DNA of 64,000 nt, taken from Callorhinchus milii (lineage: Eukaryota). Of the stretch, positions 58,356 through 64,000 are shown piece by piece. The first letter of the stretch is position 1, and every line of letters starts with the position of its first letter. Below the pieces are notes generated by a model. It was not told where the DNA came from. It saw only the letters and a list, made by a program, of their open reading frames with translations, and did no database searches. The position numbers and the translations under genes were made by a program. The stretch lies in assembly GCF_018977255.1 (NCBI RefSeq), contig NW_024704754.1, positions 18,848,001-18,912,000 of the forward strand, given 5' to 3'.

Positions 58356-59971
58356 GGTTATGTTTATCGTGACACTGAGCCGCCCAATGCACAGGGCTCT
58401 GTGAGCTGTTGGTGCTCCTGTTCCGAGGCTCTTTGTTACCTACACCATTGCTGCCCAAACCGTCCCATTCATTCCTTCGAGAGCCCATTGCTCCAGTGTC
58501 TCACTGCCCTCCTGTGGTGAGGGTCAGGGATTTATTTTGCTCAACGCAGTGTCTGACATGCGCGGAAACCCATCACCATTGCTGAAGAGTCTCCAAACCC
58601 CAGCCTGAGAATTTCATGTATCCCACCTACACATGGAAATCCCAGAGAGAGATTGTTGGAATGGGATGCTCTCTCTCTCTCTCTCTCTCTCGCCCTGGAG
58701 GGATCCATCCTGCTTACCTAATTCTGGAGAGTATTAGGCGCAGGTTGGCAAGAGCCCAGGCTTGGGGGGAGCCCAGAGTGTGTGTTGGGGTAACTGCTGG
58801 TATCTAACCATTAAGAGTCCGGAAGCACTCACATCACTCAGCTTTCCTCTGTCTTTATTGTGTAAGAAATCTGTGCCCTATAGAGGAATGTTTGTCAATA
58901 GAGGAAAATGCTGGGTAGCTATCAAATTGTGGATGTGTTGTACCCTCATCCCCTCCCTCAGTCTGGGGGTGGGGGTGTGGGCTTGGGAGGATCTGTGGGG
59001 TGCGGAGTGGAGGACGTGTCTGGGTGCCAATGTCCCCAATTAACCAGCTTTACTCTGAGATGCCCTTAATAACCAACACAATAAATGCAGACGCTCAAAC
59101 TGAAACCAAGTTTATATATTTATCATCAATGAGATACAATCTCGTTTGCATTTGATAGGAAATGGTTTCGGACCTTATTCTATTTATAATCATCAGTCGA
59201 GCCGGGGGAGAGAGACAGAGAGAAGGAAAACTGTATTGTTCAGAAGAAAAACCTAAGCTGAGATGTCTTTATATGGAGAAGTTCTGCTGGTTATAACTGG
59301 TGACAGTGAGACTGAGCGGGTTGTGTGACGTACACTGGAGGTGAGTGACAGTGCGTGAGTGAGCGAGCGAGCCATTAGCTGAACGCGGAGGCAATGTCTG
59401 GGCGACAGGTTGGGAAGGGGAGCGGGTGCGGAGATGGACCTGGTTGTGAAGCATCTCTGTGTGGCTGTCTGGGTTAATGAGCGACTGCCGAGCCAGGGGC
59501 AAAACCCTGGAGTTTCTGTTGGGGTGGGAAAGGTTGTGGCGTTGGAGTCGGGGAGGCGCGGAGGCTGGCGACTGCAGACTTGGCCTGTAAGTTTCCCGTC
59601 TGCCGGTCACGCCAGCCTTCGGGCTCACGGTCAGAGCTGACCTGAGGCAAGGGTGTGAAACTGAGCTGAGCCATGGGGAAATTGGGGGACGTTCCCAGCA
59701 CCGAAACCCAAAGCATTTTATAATAATAATAATCCTTGCATGTGATACAGCGCCTCATCATGTCTTCGAGACGTCTCAAAGCACTTCAAAGAATATACTA
59801 TAAAGTGTAGTGACTGTGTATTTTGTGTTGCGAAACAGCCGATTGCGCACAGCAGCGTCCCCACAAACAGCCGTGGGTTGAGAAACGAAATGAAACCAGC
59901 TTCCAAATTATTATTATTAATAACAATTAGGGTGAATGTTGGGCGGGAGGGCTGGTGGGCAGTGTGTGTCT

Positions 59972-62900
59972 CTAGGGCAGGTGTTCGGCTAACCTGGCCT
60001 TGCTCCCACTCCAGCCGCGGGGGCAGAAGTTGAGGTAACTGGGGGACTTGGGGCTGGAGTCTTCAGACACCCCAGAGAAGTCGGAGTCGGTGAGGGAGCG
60101 GCTGTAGAGGCGGAGGGGAGAGCGAGTCACTGTGTGCTGAGTGTCCGGGGAGGGCCTGAAGGAGGGTGAGGGGGGGGAGAAGGGGCCGGGGCTGGGCCCC
60201 GGGGCGACCAGGCCGGGCCCCGGGGAGACCAGGCTGGGCCCCAGAGCCTCGGACACAGGGCTCCCCAGCTTTTTCCGCCGGGCGGCGTTCACCACATTCA
60301 TGGCCAGGATGTCCTTGAGCCGCCGGCTGTCGGCGCTGGTCCTGGGGTCTCTGGGCACTGACCACCCCCCCGGGGGGCTGAGGGGGTGGGGGAGCGAGCG
60401 CGGACCCTCCCTCCACTCCTCGCTCAGACGCTGGGGGCTGCTCAGCCGCCGCTCGAAGCTGGGTCTCCAGGTCTGGCTCCCAGGGGAGGCTTTCAGCTGC
60501 AGAGAGAGAGAGAACACAATGAGTTACATCCTCGCAGAATCCGTCAATTATCATAATCGTTGCATTTGGTGCCGAACTTCACGGATTACACTGTAACGTG
60601 AATTGACTGTATGTTTTGTGGGTGAAACGCAGCAGCCAATCGTCCCCTCAAAAAGCCGTGAAAAGAGTCACTACATTTATTTTAAGGGATTATTACCCCT
60701 GGAAAGTGATCCTCCAGTCGACTAACAACTGGGTACTTACTTTCCACCAGGTAAGTAGGCGTGTGGGGTTAGGAAACCTGCCGAACGTTTCTCCCTGCCC
60801 GGGAATCCAACCCCGGTGCTCTCCCTTACGAGACGAGTGTGCTAACCACAACTTCATGTGATCAAATAACATGTCCCCTTCCTCGTCATCAAACTCCTGC
60901 CCCCCCCCCCCGCCACCCACCCACCCCCCAGCCCTCTCCCAGGAGATGGCCTGTGAGTGAGAGACCCAGGGAGCAAATGCATGACGGGAGGGGAAACAGC
61001 CAAGTTGCTCCCTTCAGTAACCTTGCCTCAGGTGTTAGGATCTCAAGGGCTCTGGGTCGCTACCCTGTGTGGGGGACATTACATAAATGTATCACATGCA
61101 AGTTGTTGTTGTAAAGGAATCTTTGCTGATGTTTTCTCCCGCGTTACCCACTGTCATGAACATCTTTAATAAGAGACAAATGACAGAAAGAGACAGAGAA
61201 AGAGGAGTTTGAGGAAGCGAGAGGTTTATTGAAGAGCAGAAGAGATAGAGAGAGGCTATCACTGGCCGCCAGTCAGACCCGCGGTTTGTGTTTCAATCCT
61301 GAGGCACAGACCAACAATAAACCACCCTCAGACAGTTCAGGCGGGACAGACAGACACAGAGAGGGAGCAGAGAGATTTGGGAAAGCAGGGAGAGGGAGAA
61401 CCAGGGAGGGAGAGTCTGATTCTAACCGGTGACAAGATCTCAGCTCCAGCCACCATCGGCTCAGACCTGTGCAGTCTGTGTGCGGGTGTGTGGGTGGGTG
61501 TGTGGGTGGGTGAGGGGGATGAACCAAGGTGACGTCTCAAAATATTGGTTCAGAGGAGATCAGTCAGAAGCTATGGAGATATTAGCATAGTTTGACGCTG
61601 TCACAGCAAAGAAATAAGGGTACGTGTTTCTGAACTTTCTGAATACTTGGAGTTAAGGTACAGATCAGCCATGATCTGATAGAATGGAAGAACAGGCTTG
61701 AGGGGCTGAATGGCCTCCTCCCGTTCCTATGGTGACCAAAAAGTTGTGATACCATCACAATGTCAAATAAGCCTCAAAAGAAATTATGATATTTTTGTTT
61801 TCTTTTAGATAATAGAGTGGATATGATGACTTTCTGGTCACCCGGTGTATATAACACTGTGAGTTTACCCTCCTCACTGTCGACCACCCCCAACCCCCCT
61901 CAGAGAAAGGCCGAGGCCGGAATCCACACCTGGGCCTCGAGTCCCGCTCTCTTGGCTGAGAAGGAGGGTCTGGGGGCTTGTGCCTGGTCCTGGCCTCTCG
62001 GGGACGGGCTGCCGCGGCTGGGGGAAGACGATGGTGGCGACACCGGGACCACCTCCACCGGCACGGCCATCACTGCGGCACTGAAGCTGTCGTCATGGTT
62101 ACCAAACCCATTCAGCCTGGGTGGGGAGGTGGGGGCTCTGCCGGGGGAGGGGAGCGAGGCCTGTGTGAGGGGAGAAGGGAGCGAGGCCTGTGTGAGGGGG
62201 GAGGGGAGCGAGGCCTGCGTGAGGGGGGAGGGGAGCGAGGCCTGTGTGAGGGGGGAGGGGAGCGAGGCCTGCGTGAGGGGGGAGGGGAGCGAGGCCTGTG
62301 TGAGGGGGGAGGGGAGCGAGGCCTGTGTGAGGGGGGAGGGGAATGAGCCCTGGTTGTTGGTGGAGGTGTACAAGGCCTGTGGTTGGGGAGGGAAGAGTGA
62401 GGCCTGGTGGGAGAAGGAAACCTGCGGTTGGGGTGTGGGGAGAGCAGCCTGTGTGAGGGGAGCGGGCAGTGAGGCCTCGTTGATGGTGGAGAAGAATGAG
62501 ACCTGTCTGAGGGGACCGGGGAGAGCAGCCTGTATGAATGTGCCCGGGAGTGAGGCCTGTGATTGAGGAGCGGCGAGTGAGGCCTGTGGTTTAGGAGCAG
62601 GGAGTGAGGCCTGTGGTTGAGGAGCAGGCAGTGAGGCCTGCCTGAGGGGAGGTGGGGGCCTGGTTGGTGGAGGCTCCTCAGCCATGATGACCTTAGGTGC
62701 AGGGGGCGCTGCCTTGGGCAGGGAGGCTGTGGGGCTCTTTTTGGGGGAGAGAATAAACAGGGAGGGGTTGAGCTGGTGAGGGGAGCCATCCCACCGAGGA
62801 GGGGCTTGTGGGGGGGGTCGAGGGGGGGCCGTGAAGGCTGCAGGCTGGGTTCTGAAACCTCCGCGTGAGCTCTTCGGCCCCGTCAACCAGCCAGTGGCCG

Positions 62901-64000
62901 AGGCCCTTCGGGGGAGCTCCGAGCATTTCCAAGATGGTGGCAGGGACATGGTAGGGGAGGGGGAGCGGGCGGGGGTCTCTCTGACCGGTGCCGACTCGAT
63001 CACATATTTCTCCATCCGCGATTGTCGTCTGGCGAACAGCTCGGCCCCCCGGCCCGTCCGCTCGGCCAGAGCCTGGGAGGCTCCGCTCTGCAGCTGGGCC
63101 CTGGCCTCTGAGGGCTTCAGGCAGGACAGCCACTCTGGGGCCTGGTACGGGCCGGAGCCTGGCTCTGAGGGCTGGGCCAGCGAGGCAGCCTCGGCCCCCA
63201 GGCTCAGGTACTCCTCCTCCTCCAGCCCAAGTCCAACCCCAGGTCCCGGCTCCTCTCGTCGCTTCCTCTCATCCAGGCCCAGCACCAGCGACAGCAGCTC
63301 CGGGTTGGGAGTGACTTTTGGTTTCTCGAAGAACGTGAACATGGGCTTCTTTCCGGCCCGCCGCACCTTGGAATCTTCCAGAATGTTGGTCTTCCTGGCC
63401 TGGCTGGGGAGTTGGGCTAGTGTGGGGGGAGGGGGGAGGCGGGAGAGTGGGGGAGGGCTGGGGTAGGTCGGGGCGGAGGGCTGGGGGACCGTGTTGGGTG
63501 ACACCGGGAGGGGTTTGGGTGACTTGTTGTGGGGGGTGACAGAGGAGGCCTCGGGTCCTTCCCACTGCAGGTCGATGTAGGCCCGGCCAGAGGGCGCGGG
63601 GGTCAAGTGAACCTCCAGGGCTGTCCTGGCTGGCTTGACCGGAGTCTCCTCGGCCTCGGGTTCCGTCACCTCCTCACCGGCTCCTCGTGGCTCCTGGTCG
63701 CCCGCGGTGAGTCCGTCCTTGTCTGTGCCTGTGTCTGCCCCTGCCTGGCTCTCCATCTCCCTCGCCCCTCGGCTTTCAAAGTAGGGCAGGTTGGCCTCCA
63801 GGCTTCCCCCCACTCGCCAGCCCGGCTCCAGGCTCCCAACTCCCAGCTCGGGCTCCAGCTCTCCGATCTCCGTCACTTTGCCGCCATTCGCTGCCGGTTC
63901 CCGGACACCACTCAGTGTGAGCTCATCGAGTTGCTGGGGGCCCCGGGGTCCGAGCTGGGGCCCCTGGGGGATGAGCGTGGCGCTCAGCTTCGCGTTCTTG
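59972..64000 (-). CDS. SYNPO: Synaptopodin, 3' part: a large exon running off the window end plus the long-isoform terminal exon
   Basis: Large exon >64000 to 61930 with KPMFTFFEKPKVTPNPELLSLV, EEEYLSLGAEA, GRGAELFARRQSRMEKYVIES, RSPSPTMSLPPSWK and APRPSFS..AGLEAQ. Read-through gives the short-form end VWIPASAFL* (stop at 61900). The donor CAG|GTGTGG splices to 60496-59972 (LKDILAMNVVNAARRK...RSLTDSD...SPSYLNFCPRGW). Confidence 0.92.
62140..62650 (-). repeat. 27-bp coding minisatellite in SYNPO (SLPSPLTQA, ~7 near-perfect units, preceded by degenerate QASLPAPQP units)
   Basis: ggggaggggagcgaggcctgtgtgagg repeated in tandem at 62143-62340 without breaking frame. Confidence 0.9.

Noticed and set aside
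1-64000. Hundreds of short ORFs in the six-frame track, including Pro/His/Gly/Val-Cys-rich ones such as 45073-45908 and 5885-6760
   Set aside because: They arise from microsatellites, G/C tracts or the antisense of real exons in stop-poor GC-rich DNA; the real genes are spliced.

Overview
This window is GC-rich, intron-containing vertebrate genomic DNA, not prokaryotic. The Deu-domain/tRNA SINE, L2, CR1 and Penelope-like repeats suggest a cartilaginous fish (inference). It holds a block syntenic with human 5q33: the MRPL22 3' exons (+), the GEMIN5 3' half (+), ANXA6 (+), RBM22, MYOZ3 (-) and SYNPO (-, truncated at the window end). Three structural features stand out. (1) About 17 kb (ANXA6 + RBM22 exons 6-11 + MYOZ3 last exon) is present twice, at ~15134-32188 and ~32214-52904, joined by a 25-N gap. 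Homopolymer frameshifts sit in the gap-proximal halves, which points to a false (haplotype/gap-overfill) duplication. (2) RBM22 is split across strands: exons 1-5 are on the minus strand (46311-43559) and exons 6-11 on the plus strand. The ANXA6 3' UTR is also inverted. The two duplicate copies carry complementary halves of one inverted segment with the same breakpoints. (3) GEMIN5 starts mid-WD40 directly after a same-strand MRPL22 and an orphan minus-strand exon, implying a second gene-breaking inversion. Misassembly is the most parsimonious explanation; a real inversion allele or unusual splicing needs long reads and RNA-seq to exclude. Most entries in the ORF track are spurious low-complexity or antisense ORFs. 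Gene identities rest on my recognition of the translated exons; no database search was run.
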